64,000 bases of DNA from Pseudanabaena sp. UWO311 (GTDB lineage: Bacteria; Cyanobacteriota; Cyanobacteriia; Pseudanabaenales; Pseudanabaenaceae). Shown here piece by piece: positions 18,507 to 26,685 of the stretch. The stretch lies in NCBI GenBank assembly GCA_943371975.1, contig CALRWX020000001.1:24725-88724 (forward strand), given 5' to 3'. The notes below the pieces were generated by a model. It was not told where the DNA came from. It worked only from the letters and a program-made list of their open reading frames with translations, and did no database searches. Numbering within the stretch: position 1 is the first letter of the stretch; each line of letters starts with the position of its first letter. Made by a program: the position numbers and the translations under genes.

Positions 18507-20345
18507 TCAAGCGACAACAACCCGAAAACCGAAATCGTAGTAGCTAATGCCCGCAAAGTAACAGTGGCGATACGCTGAACGACAACGGATGTCGGCCCAC
18601 GAGCCACCCCGCAGAGCGCGTCTGCTGTGATCGCCACCAGTTAGCCACGCAGAGCCATTGGTGGGTGCACCATTATAATTTTCATGCCATACGTCTTCAC
18701 ACCATTCCCAAACATTGCCATGCATATCATGCAATCCCCAAGAATTCGCTAACTTCTCTCCCACTGGATGTGTTTTACCTGCTGAGTTCTTATTATACCA
18801 TGCATAGTTCCCTAATTCACTAACATCATCACCAAAACAATATTTACCAGTACTTCCAGCGCGACAAGCATATTCCCATTGTGCTTCAGATGGTAGCTTC
18901 ACTTTTTGACCAATTCTTTTCGATAGTTCCTCACAAAACTTCACAGCATCATGCCATGACACGCACTCTACAGGGTAATTCTCATCGCGTTTGAAATTGG
19001 ATGGATTCTTCCCGATCACCGCCTGATATTGCTTTTGGGTAATTGGGTATTTACTCATCTGAAAAGCTTTCAACGTAACTTGATGTGGTTTTTTCTCATC
19101 ATTAAAATCATTACTTCCCATCGTAAAACTTCCCGAAGGAATATCCACTAACTCCAGATTTAATTCCCTAAAAAGAGCCTGACTGCGTTCTCTGGCTTCC
19201 TGCTGTCTTTGCAGAGCAAGTTGTTCTTCCTGTTGACGGCGAAGCTCGGCGGCGGCGCGTTCCTGTTCTTCCTTTGCCTTTTTTGCTTCCAATACAGGCG
19301 AAAGCTCGTGCTGCACATAGGTTTGAATATTTTCCAAACAAACTTCAAGAGAAGTCTCAGTATTTGCACTCTTCAACCTGTAGTCAAATTCAACTTCACC
19401 ATTAGCATTGCGCGAATTTTCCAATGCATCTAACAACCGATCTTTTTTCAAGTCACTCGCCACCAGAAAATCAAGGATCTTTTGAGACGAGCGATCGTTC
19501 ATTGGCAGATTGCCCGCCTGCTGGCTCACCGCCATTTCGGCAATTTGTTTGATTTCCCGCATTGCTCCCGACAAATCTTTATCAACTTTCGCCACATTCC
19601 CCAACAAAGTTTGGAAAGAACCTAAGAAACTTTCCATATAGTTCTCAAAATTAAAGGCAATCTTGGTCAGTTCCGCCGCTTCAGCTTGCAAACGATTAAT
19701 TTTCAATTGGATTTCATAGGCTCTTTTCTGAACGCTCAGTTTTTTGAACATGCTTTCCAAAACATCGCGCTGCGTTTGTTGATCGTTGGCGATTTTTTCG
19801 AGACTGGCACTCATCAAGTCCAACTTTTTCAACATCAAGATTGCCGCGTAGCCGATCGCTTTGGCTGTGTCTAAAATTTGGGTCTTTTGAGAAGCCGCAA
19901 TTTGTAACAAATCACCATCGTTTTCCTGTCGAGCAATCCGTTCAAATTCCAAGCGCTCTTTTTCCACATTGGCAATATCTGCACATTTGCGGGTCACGAT
20001 CTCGCGAATTTCATCGGCTAGGTTTTCAAAAAACTCCTGATATTCACCTTGATGGTTTTGCAATGTCTCAATGACAGCATCATAATTTTTGACCAGTTTA
20101 TCCAATTCCACAAAGCGATCTTCAAACTTGAGTTCTTGCCTAACGACTTTTTTAATGATTTTTTTAGTAAAAAAGCCTTTTTCCTCAATAGTTCTCTCGC
20201 TTTCAATATATCCCCGTTGCAAATTTTGACTACCACTACAAATTTCAGCTTGTAGGCTGTCGAGTTTACCGTCGCCTAATACGGGCAAGGAATAAGTACG
20301 CTGATAAATTTTGATCTGACGTTTGCGATCGCTAGGGTTACTCAT
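18507..20345 (-). CDS. DGR-target-like protein: ~390-aa helical/coiled-coil N-terminal region fused to an FGE-sulfatase (C-type-lectin fold) domain
   Basis: 612 aa. The C-terminal domain carries IPSGSFTMGS, VECVSWHDAVKFC, LPSEAQWEYACRAG, WGLHDMHGNVWEWCED and RGGSW...GFRVV. It is preceded by the charged coiled coil KKAKEEQERAAAELRRQQEEQLALQRQQEARE. Confidence 0.8.
   Translation of the reverse strand: MSNPSDRKRQIKIYQRTYSLPVLGDGKLDSLQAEICSGSQNLQRGYIESERTIEEKGFFTKKIIKKVVRQELKFEDRFVELDKLVKNYDAVIETLQNHQGEYQEFFENLADEIREIVTRKCADIANVEKERLEFERIARQENDGDLLQIAASQKTQILDTAKAIGYAAILMLKKLDLMSASLEKIANDQQTQRDVLESMFKKLSVQKRAYEIQLKINRLQAEAAELTKIAFNFENYMESFLGSFQTLLGNVAKVDKDLSGAMREIKQIAEMAVSQQAGNLPMNDRSSQKILDFLVASDLKKDRLLDALENSRNANGEVEFDYRLKSANTETSLEVCLENIQTYVQHELSPVLEAKKAKEEQERAAAELRRQQEEQLALQRQQEARERSQALFRELNLELVDIPSGSFTMGSNDFNDEKKPHQVTLKAFQMSKYPITQKQYQAVIGKNPSNFKRDENYPVECVSWHDAVKFCEELSKRIGQKVKLPSEAQWEYACRAGSTGKYCFGDDVSELGNYAWYNKNSAGKTHPVGEKLANSWGLHDMHGNVWEWCEDVWHENYNGAPTNGSAWLTGGDHSRRALRGGSWADIRCRSAYRHCYFAGISYYDFGFRVVVA
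18510..18644 (-). other. putative DGR variable region (last 45 codons of the target gene)
   Basis: Invariant scaffold strings RALRGGSW / RCRSAYR / GFRVV separate three patches: LTGGDHS, ADI and HCYFAGISYYDF. The patches consist almost entirely of NNC/NNT codons encoding residues reachable from AAC/AAT. Confidence 0.6.
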
Positions 20346-20432
20346 TTGCTGTAGCTACAAGTCTATAAATACGCTCATACTATTTTAATTCACTTTTAAT
20401 TTGCCAATATCGTTGCTCACCCTACTACAGAA

Positions 20433-20482
20433 ATAAACTTGGCAAATTTCGGCAACTTTTCGGTATTGTATCGTATTGCTTA
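20433..20482 (+). repeat. left copy of the 50-bp direct repeat flanking hicBA
   Basis: ataaacttggcaaatttcggcaacttttcggtattgtatcgtattgctta against 21062-21111: 46 of 50 identical. Confidence 0.9.
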
Positions 20483-20534
20483 AGCGATCGCCTTATGAAT
20501 TTGATACAGGAAGGGTTGCGCGATTCACCTAACC

Positions 20535-20577
20535 TATAATTTTTGTTTAATGAATGCGTTACGTTACGCTAACGCAT
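20535..20577 (+). promoter_or_regulatory. candidate hicBA promoter -10 box plus palindromic operator
   Basis: TATAAT at 20535-20540. Palindrome atgcgtta (20554-20561) / taacgcat (20570-20577) lies about 60 nt upstream of the hicB ATG. Confidence 0.4.
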
Positions 20578-20635
20578 CCTACAAGCAATTAAACTAAAAT
20601 ACAGTAAAACAATTAGAATTCCTAGTAAAATCCTT

Positions 20636-20854
20636 ATGCTCACTACATTTACAGCAAATTACACCAAAATTGAGTCAGGCTATATGGGACAGCTTATAGA
20701 ATGGCAAGAGGTAATCACTGAAGGCGAAACCCTTGAATTGTGCCGAGAATCCTTACAAGATGCTTTACAAGAAATGATCGCAGCCTATAAACAACTAAAT
20801 AAAGATATTCCCAATGGTAAGTCCTTAATTGAGCAGATTCCAGTGGAAGTATAG
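20636..20854 (+). CDS. hicB: type II toxin-antitoxin system HicB-family antitoxin (short form without DNA-binding domain)
   Basis: 72 aa. FTANYTKIESGYMGQLIEWQEVITEGETLEECRESL-type HicB N-domain pattern. The stop lies 3 nt before the hicA start. Confidence 0.75.
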   Translation: MLTTFTANYTKIESGYMGQLIEWQEVITEGETLELCRESLQDALQEMIAAYKQLNKDIPNGKSLIEQIPVEV

Positions 20855-20857
20855 TTT

Positions 20858-21046
20858 ATGTCTGTTAAACGTAGCGATTTAGTAAAATATTTTGAAAGTA
20901 ATGGCTTCTATTTGCTTAGAGAAGGAGGAAATCATTCCATTTATACCAATGAAACCAAAACAATCCCCATCAAAAGACATCGAACTATTGATCGAATCAC
21001 AGCAAATGCTATATGTAAGCAAGCAGGAATTAATCCAAAGTTTTAA
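20858..21046 (+). CDS. hicA: type II toxin-antitoxin system HicA-family mRNA interferase toxin
   Basis: 62 aa. KRSDLVKYFESNGFYLLREGGNHSIYTN...IPIKRH is the classic HicA/YcfA signature, including the catalytic GxxH. Confidence 0.85.
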   Translation: MSVKRSDLVKYFESNGFYLLREGGNHSIYTNETKTIPIKRHRTIDRITANAICKQAGINPKF

Positions 21047-21061
21047 AAGATTTTCAATAAG

Positions 21062-21111
21062 ATAAACCTAGAAAATTTCGGCAACTTTTCGATATTGTAT
21101 CGTATTGCTTA
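21062..21111 (+). repeat. right copy of the 50-bp direct repeat flanking hicBA
   Basis: ataaacctagaaaatttcggcaacttttcgatattgtatcgtattgctta. Confidence 0.9.
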
Positions 21112-21210
21112 TGGAGAGATTGAGATCCCAAACTTTTTTGCATGAATGACAAAAACAATCTGCGATCGCAAAGAAAAAACGGAGAACTAGGCATCTGTAA
21201 TCAATTCAAT

Positions 21211-21287
21211 GGTTTCCTGAAAAAGAGATTTCTTTTTCAGGAAACCAAATAAAATTTTTTAAGTCTTTGCTTAGCAAAGACTTAAAA
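21211..21287 (+). terminator. two consecutive perfect stem-loops between hicA and tamB
   Basis: ggtttcctgaaaaag/ctttttcaggaaacc (21211-21246) and ttttaagtctttgc/gcaaagacttaaaa (21257-21287). Confidence 0.55.
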
Positions 21288-21348
21288 TCTGAAACTTGCA
21301 TATATATGTAAAAATAGTGTCGTGTGGGCATCAATGGAGTGAAAAATT

Positions 21349-24300
21349 GTGGGACAAGCTCAATTACCGCCGCAGAGACCGACTAACTCTACATTAGCGA
21401 AAAATCTAGGACGCGTCGGTGTTGGACTAGCGATCGCACTGACAGCGACGAGTTTAGGCGTTTTCTGGTATGGGCGTTATTTTCTCAATGAGCAGTTATC
21501 ACCCCTATTGCAAACCGAGTTAAGCAAATCTCTGAAGCGTCCTTTGCAGTTAGGTAAAGTTGAACGAGTGGGCTTTTCGAGCATTAGATTTAGTAAGTCG
21601 CTCATACCGCCAACCGATAAGGAGGCAAACTTCTTAGCAGTAGAGGCGATCGAAGTTAAGGTTGATCCTTGGGCTTATCTCACCCGTCGCCAAATTGGAT
21701 TAGATGCAGTTGTTGAGCAGCCACAGGTGTTTCTGAAGCAGGACGCTACAGGTTTACTGCAATTACCCAAAATCACGCCGCCCGAACGCCCCACCCAAGA
21801 AGGTTTCGTTGATTTACGGACAATTACTTTTAATGATGCACAGTTAACAATTCAGACGATCTCTAAAGGTGAATTGGTTTCTCTCAGTCAAGTCAAGATT
21901 GATAGTAATTGGAAGATTCTTGATCTGAACAATCAAAATTTAAAAATGAATGGTCAAGGGCATGTAACCTTGCCAAATCTTGCAGCGATCGCTACCCCCC
22001 CAAATCCTGAACAACTAAAAAAGGCGATCGACGTTGCTAATGCGGATAAAGATGGGAACAAAGGGAATATGTCCTTTGTGATCGATTGGGATCTGACAAG
22101 AGGACAGGGCAAAATTGATGTCCAGTCTCAAAATTTGCAAATTGCAGCAATTCAAGGCTTTGCGGTTAATTCGCCTTTAGAAATTCAACAGGGTAAACTT
22201 GATGCCGCGGCAAGCATTACTGTAAGTGCAGGCAAAGTAACCCCTACTGATTCCGTTGCTAGTGATTCCCTGTTAGGGGCAAACAAAATTTCTATATCCG
22301 CCCAGCTTAGTGGCGGTGCTGTGAAATTGTCGCAATTACCCAAACCAATTACCCAAATTGATGGGAAATTTAACTTTGATGGCACAACAATGACCATTAA
22401 AGAATTTACGGCAGAATACGACTTCTTAAAAACAACTGCTGAAGGAACTTTTGATCAGCAAAAAGGATTTAATCTCAATTTTGCGAGTATTGCACTAGAT
22501 CTAGCTAAAGTCATAGAGAATTTAAAATTAAAAATACCTGTAGCGATCGCTGGTGAAGTTAAGCTTAGTGGCAAACTTACGGGTACTACTCAGAAGCCCT
22601 CTCTGAGTTTAAATATCACTACTCCTAAATCCATTAGCTTTGATCGGGTAAAGATTGATCGCTTTCTCACCACGATTGAGCTCAAAGATATTAATACGCT
22701 GCTAATCAAAAAATTCCAAGCAGCCTCTGCTGGCGCAAGCATCACAGGAGAAGGGCAGATCAAATTACCTGACAAAGATAAACCTGCGGAAATCATCTTT
22801 AACAGTAGTCTAGTCGGAGTTGCCGAAGATTTTACAACTCTGTATGGGGCAAAGCTCCCAGTCACTATTGGGCAAGTTACTAGTTCGCTCCAAATTACTG
22901 GCAATCTCAATAATCCTCAAGTTCTCGCCCAGATTGAAGCACCTAATGCAACCTACCCCGCAAGAGGAGAAGTGTTTGTTTCTGATGGGTTAGCGACAAT
23001 CCGCAATACTAAGGTGCGATTCCCCATTGGTGAAGCTGCTCTGGCGGGCACTTATAACATTGCGAGTGGAGCATGGAAAACACAGCTAAATAGTAATGGA
23101 ATTCCTTTGTCTGCTTTTCTGCTCAATCAAAAAGGAATTCTAGACGGATTAATCAATCTCCGAAGCGATCGCGGTGGATTTTCCATAGCTGATATTACGG
23201 CTGATGGGACAATCCGTTTACCTCAAGGGCTTACAGAAATTCCCGATGCGATCGCCACCAATTTTACATGGGACGGCAAAAATCTACTGATTCAATCTTT
23301 ACAAGTTGGCAATTATTTATCGGCAAATGGTAGGGTCGATCTTGCTTTTCCCAATAATTCACCTAATCAATTACCAACGGGAATTGCAGGAATTAATCTC
23401 GATCTGATTTCGCGTAATGTCAATATCAGTCGCTTAGCTTCACTTTCTAGTGTGATTCCTGCACAAGCCAAAGGGCTATTAAACTTTCGCGGCAATCTAT
23501 CAGGGGCGATCGATAAGCTGAAAATTGCAGGAGACTTACAACTAGATAATGTCGATCTTGCTTCTCTTGGCTCAGGTTTAGCTAAGCAGGGAATAGTAGC
23601 ACCATCACGAGGTTCTCTCGATTTTAATGGTTCTGTTAAGGGCGAGTTAAATGATCCTCGATTAGTTGGCAATCTCCGTATAGCTAGTTTGAGAGTCAAT
23701 CAAGTAGAAGTAGATAATCTCAATTTCAATGGCATTCTCAATGGCATTAGTCAGATTCCTCAAATTACCGGTGATCTTCTACTTGCAGGACTGAGAGTAG
23801 ATAAACTTGCCTTTGATCCCCAACTAGAAGGCAAAGTGAATTTTAATACAAGTCAAGGCGCAAATATCGATATGCGTGGAAATCGCGATCGCATTTCAGC
23901 AAGATTAGATCGATCTTTGCGCCCGATTGATTTTAATGTCAATTTAGGTGAAGCCGTAGCAAGTGGTAAGCGCTTACAGAATAATCCTAATCGTCTACAA
24001 GTAGCGATCGCCAATCTTCCTCTGCCCTTAATTGCCTCATTCTCAGGGCAAAATGATGTCAGTGGTAAAATTTCTAGTAATTTAATCGTAGATTTTGGTA
24101 ATAATCCCTCTGCAAATGGTGAAGTCACGATTGAACTTCCAAGGTTTGGGCGATTTCTTGCGGAACGTGCGATCGCTAAAATCTCCTATGCTGATGATGT
24201 TTTTGCTATCAGAGATGGCAATTTGATTGTCCGTCAGGGAGAATCAAATAATGAATATAAATTTCGACTCACCTACAATCCTGCTTTAGACGATCCTCTA

Positions 24301-26508
24301 GCAGGAGATGTAGAAATTGCTCAAGGAAGAATGCAGGATGTCTTTGCAACTTTGCAATGGGCAAAGATTCTTGATGCAACTCAAGTATTTAGTTTAGCAA
24401 AAACAAGAGCTTCAGATTTAAAACCACTCCAAGTAATTAATTTACTAGGTGAACCTCTATACAAACAGCTACAATATCTTACTCAAATTGAACTTCGCCA
24501 AGATCAACAGGAAGCTATTAGTTCTGCCCGTAATTTTAACCTTCCACCACTAACAGATTTTCGTGGTGATATTAAGGGAAAGATCACTTTTGGCTTAAAT
24601 AAAAATCGAGGTATTCGTTTAGGGTTTGATCTAGTTGGCAAAAAATTTGAATATGGGAAGTTTATCGTTGATGACATTAAATTTCAGGGAAGTTATTTTA
24701 ACAATGTTTTTACGATCGCCAATGCTAATTTTCAGTCCGACAAAAGCTATGGGAAGATCGCCAAGGCACGGCTGAGACTCACCCCTGCATCTAATCCATT
24801 GCTCCGTGTCCGCGAACAAAGTGGAGAAATTGAGATTAAAGATTTCCCAATCGAATCTTTACGCCCCCTACCATTTTTCAGCGCTGTTCCCGTTGAGTTG
24901 ACAGGTAAAATCAATGGAAATCTCTCCATTACAGGAACTAGTCTTCTTGACACAAAAATTGTTGGCAATTTGAGCTTGACTGATGGCACAGTGAATCGGC
25001 AGGCGATTGAGTTTATTGGTCTCAAATTTAACTATGAAAAGCTAAATGTTAACTTTGAGACCAATATGAAAGCAGCAGGTAAAGATGCTGTTTTAGCGTC
25101 AGGCAGCTTTGGTGCTTTTGGTAACTTCAATGTGAAATTAGATGTCAAAAATGAAGGTATCGCGCTGATTAATATTTTTAATCAGCCTGTACGTTGGCTA
25201 GATGGAAAAGGAAATGTAAATCTCACGGCAAGTGGAACTTTCAAAGATCCTAAAATTGCAGGAAAGATTACTGTCGATAATGCCAAAGTAAAAATTGCTG
25301 GATTACCAGGGGATTTTAAGGAAGTGCAAGGTGATATTACATTTACTAGCGATCGCCTCACTAGTAATATCACCAGTAATTTTAGCGAAGGTAAATTAAC
25401 GCTAAAGGGAATCTTACCCATTAGCAACCAAAATCTCATTAAAGAAGATAGCCCAGAATATCAACAAGCCCTCGCTATCAATGCTGACAAACTGAAGTTA
25501 AATATTCGCGATATTAGCTCTGACAACTTTAATAGCCGTGTGATCGTGCTAGGTTCACTCCTAACACCACGGATTACAGGCGAAGTATTGCTCGGTGATG
25601 GCAGATTAGTTATCGGTAACGATGCCGACCCCAATAGTCCCCCCAGTCAAGCTAATACAAATAATGATGTACCAGATCTAGTGTTTGATCGCCTTGCTGT
25701 TAAGCTTCAAAATATGCAGGTAACGCGCTTCCCAATCTTTAACTTTCTCGGTGAAGGCACTTTAATGGTTAATGGGACATTACAAAGACCAGAAACAGCA
25801 GGGAGAGTCAATATTACTCGTGGTCAGTTTAATGCAATTTCAGCTCGTTTCCGCCTTGAAAGTACCTATGAAAACTTTGTCGAATTTAAGCCGTCTCAAG
25901 GACTTAATCCGATTCTTAACGTTAGGGTCTCAGGAGCTGTCGCTGAAATCACCCGCATACCAATTAACTCCAATCGCCCTAATGATTTATTTAGTCCTAA
26001 CGAAGTTCCTGTAAGTAATTTAGGGGCACAGCGTACTTTGCAAGTGCAAGCCAATGTTACGGGTACTGCACTCGCGCCAGATATTCGCCTAACGAGTAGC
26101 CCACCTCGCAGTCAAGCTGAAATCATCGCACTCATTGGTGGTGGGATACTTCAGCAACAAGGGGCTTCAGATCCTTCCGCAGCCCTTGCCAACTTTGCTG
26201 GTAGTACCATATTAAACTTCTTGCAAGACGCGATCGGCGATGCCCTAAATCTAGCTGAATTTAATCTTAACCCCGTGACTACCAATACTTCAAGTAGTAG
26301 CCGCACAGGAACCCTAGGTTTATCTGCTGAAGCCGCGATTAATGTCAGTAATAATTTTTCGATCTCATTGCAAAGGATTATCAATGATTCTACGCAGCCG
26401 ACTAATTTCTCAATTCGCTATCGTGTTGATCCTAATATCCTCTTGCGTGGAAACTATGGCTCTGATAGCAACAAAGGTATTTCCATCGAATATGAGAATC
26501 GCTTTTGA
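21349..26508 (+). CDS. tamB: translocation and assembly module protein TamB (DUF490; cyanobacterial TIC236 homologue)
   Basis: 1719 aa with a GTG start and an N-terminal TM anchor. The body is a long repetitive beta-rich region. The C-terminus (LSLQRIINDSTQPTNFSIRYRVDPNILLRGNY...) is typical of DUF490. Confidence 0.9.
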   Translation: MGQAQLPPQRPTNSTLAKNLGRVGVGLAIALTATSLGVFWYGRYFLNEQLSPLLQTELSKSLKRPLQLGKVERVGFSSIRFSKSLIPPTDKEANFLAVEAIEVKVDPWAYLTRRQIGLDAVVEQPQVFLKQDATGLLQLPKITPPERPTQEGFVDLRTITFNDAQLTIQTISKGELVSLSQVKIDSNWKILDLNNQNLKMNGQGHVTLPNLAAIATPPNPEQLKKAIDVANADKDGNKGNMSFVIDWDLTRGQGKIDVQSQNLQIAAIQGFAVNSPLEIQQGKLDAAASITVSAGKVTPTDSVASDSLLGANKISISAQLSGGAVKLSQLPKPITQIDGKFNFDGTTMTIKEFTAEYDFLKTTAEGTFDQQKGFNLNFASIALDLAKVIENLKLKIPVAIAGEVKLSGKLTGTTQKPSLSLNITTPKSISFDRVKIDRFLTTIELKDINTLLIKKFQAASAGASITGEGQIKLPDKDKPAEIIFNSSLVGVAEDFTTLYGAKLPVTIGQVTSSLQITGNLNNPQVLAQIEAPNATYPARGEVFVSDGLATIRNTKVRFPIGEAALAGTYNIASGAWKTQLNSNGIPLSAFLLNQKGILDGLINLRSDRGGFSIADITADGTIRLPQGLTEIPDAIATNFTWDGKNLLIQSLQVGNYLSANGRVDLAFPNNSPNQLPTGIAGINLDLISRNVNISRLASLSSVIPAQAKGLLNFRGNLSGAIDKLKIAGDLQLDNVDLASLGSGLAKQGIVAPSRGSLDFNGSVKGELNDPRLVGNLRIASLRVNQVEVDNLNFNGILNGISQIPQITGDLLLAGLRVDKLAFDPQLEGKVNFNTSQGANIDMRGNRDRISARLDRSLRPIDFNVNLGEAVASGKRLQNNPNRLQVAIANLPLPLIASFSGQNDVSGKISSNLIVDFGNNPSANGEVTIELPRFGRFLAERAIAKISYADDVFAIRDGNLIVRQGESNNEYKFRLTYNPALDDPLAGDVEIAQGRMQDVFATLQWAKILDATQVFSLAKTRASDLKPLQVINLLGEPLYKQLQYLTQIELRQDQQEAISSARNFNLPPLTDFRGDIKGKITFGLNKNRGIRLGFDLVGKKFEYGKFIVDDIKFQGSYFNNVFTIANANFQSDKSYGKIAKARLRLTPASNPLLRVREQSGEIEIKDFPIESLRPLPFFSAVPVELTGKINGNLSITGTSLLDTKIVGNLSLTDGTVNRQAIEFIGLKFNYEKLNVNFETNMKAAGKDAVLASGSFGAFGNFNVKLDVKNEGIALINIFNQPVRWLDGKGNVNLTASGTFKDPKIAGKITVDNAKVKIAGLPGDFKEVQGDITFTSDRLTSNITSNFSEGKLTLKGILPISNQNLIKEDSPEYQQALAINADKLKLNIRDISSDNFNSRVIVLGSLLTPRITGEVLLGDGRLVIGNDADPNSPPSQANTNNDVPDLVFDRLAVKLQNMQVTRFPIFNFLGEGTLMVNGTLQRPETAGRVNITRGQFNAISARFRLESTYENFVEFKPSQGLNPILNVRVSGAVAEITRIPINSNRPNDLFSPNEVPVSNLGAQRTLQVQANVTGTALAPDIRLTSSPPRSQAEIIALIGGGILQQQGASDPSAALANFAGSTILNFLQDAIGDALNLAEFNLNPVTTNTSSSSRTGTLGLSAEAAINVSNNFSISLQRIINDSTQPTNFSIRYRVDPNILLRGNYGSDSNKGISIEYENRF

Positions 26509-26537
26509 GACTCAAAAGCGATTCTCATATTCGATGG
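26483..26537 (+). terminator. 55-bp perfect palindrome covering the last 8 codons and stop of tamB
   Basis: ccatcgaatatgagaatcgcttttgag a ctcaaaagcgattctcatattcgatgg. The TGA stop is at 26506-26508, near the apex. Confidence 0.6.
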
Positions 26538-26685
26538 TGCTTTGCGCCACCGACCTTTATTTGGGGCTTAAGAAAGCACAAAGGGCTGTATATTCCTGTT
26601 AGACTTGTAAATGCGCGAAATTGTGTGACCTCGCAACTTCAAACACCAAACTTTACTTTTGAAAGATTTTCGGATAATTACCACT

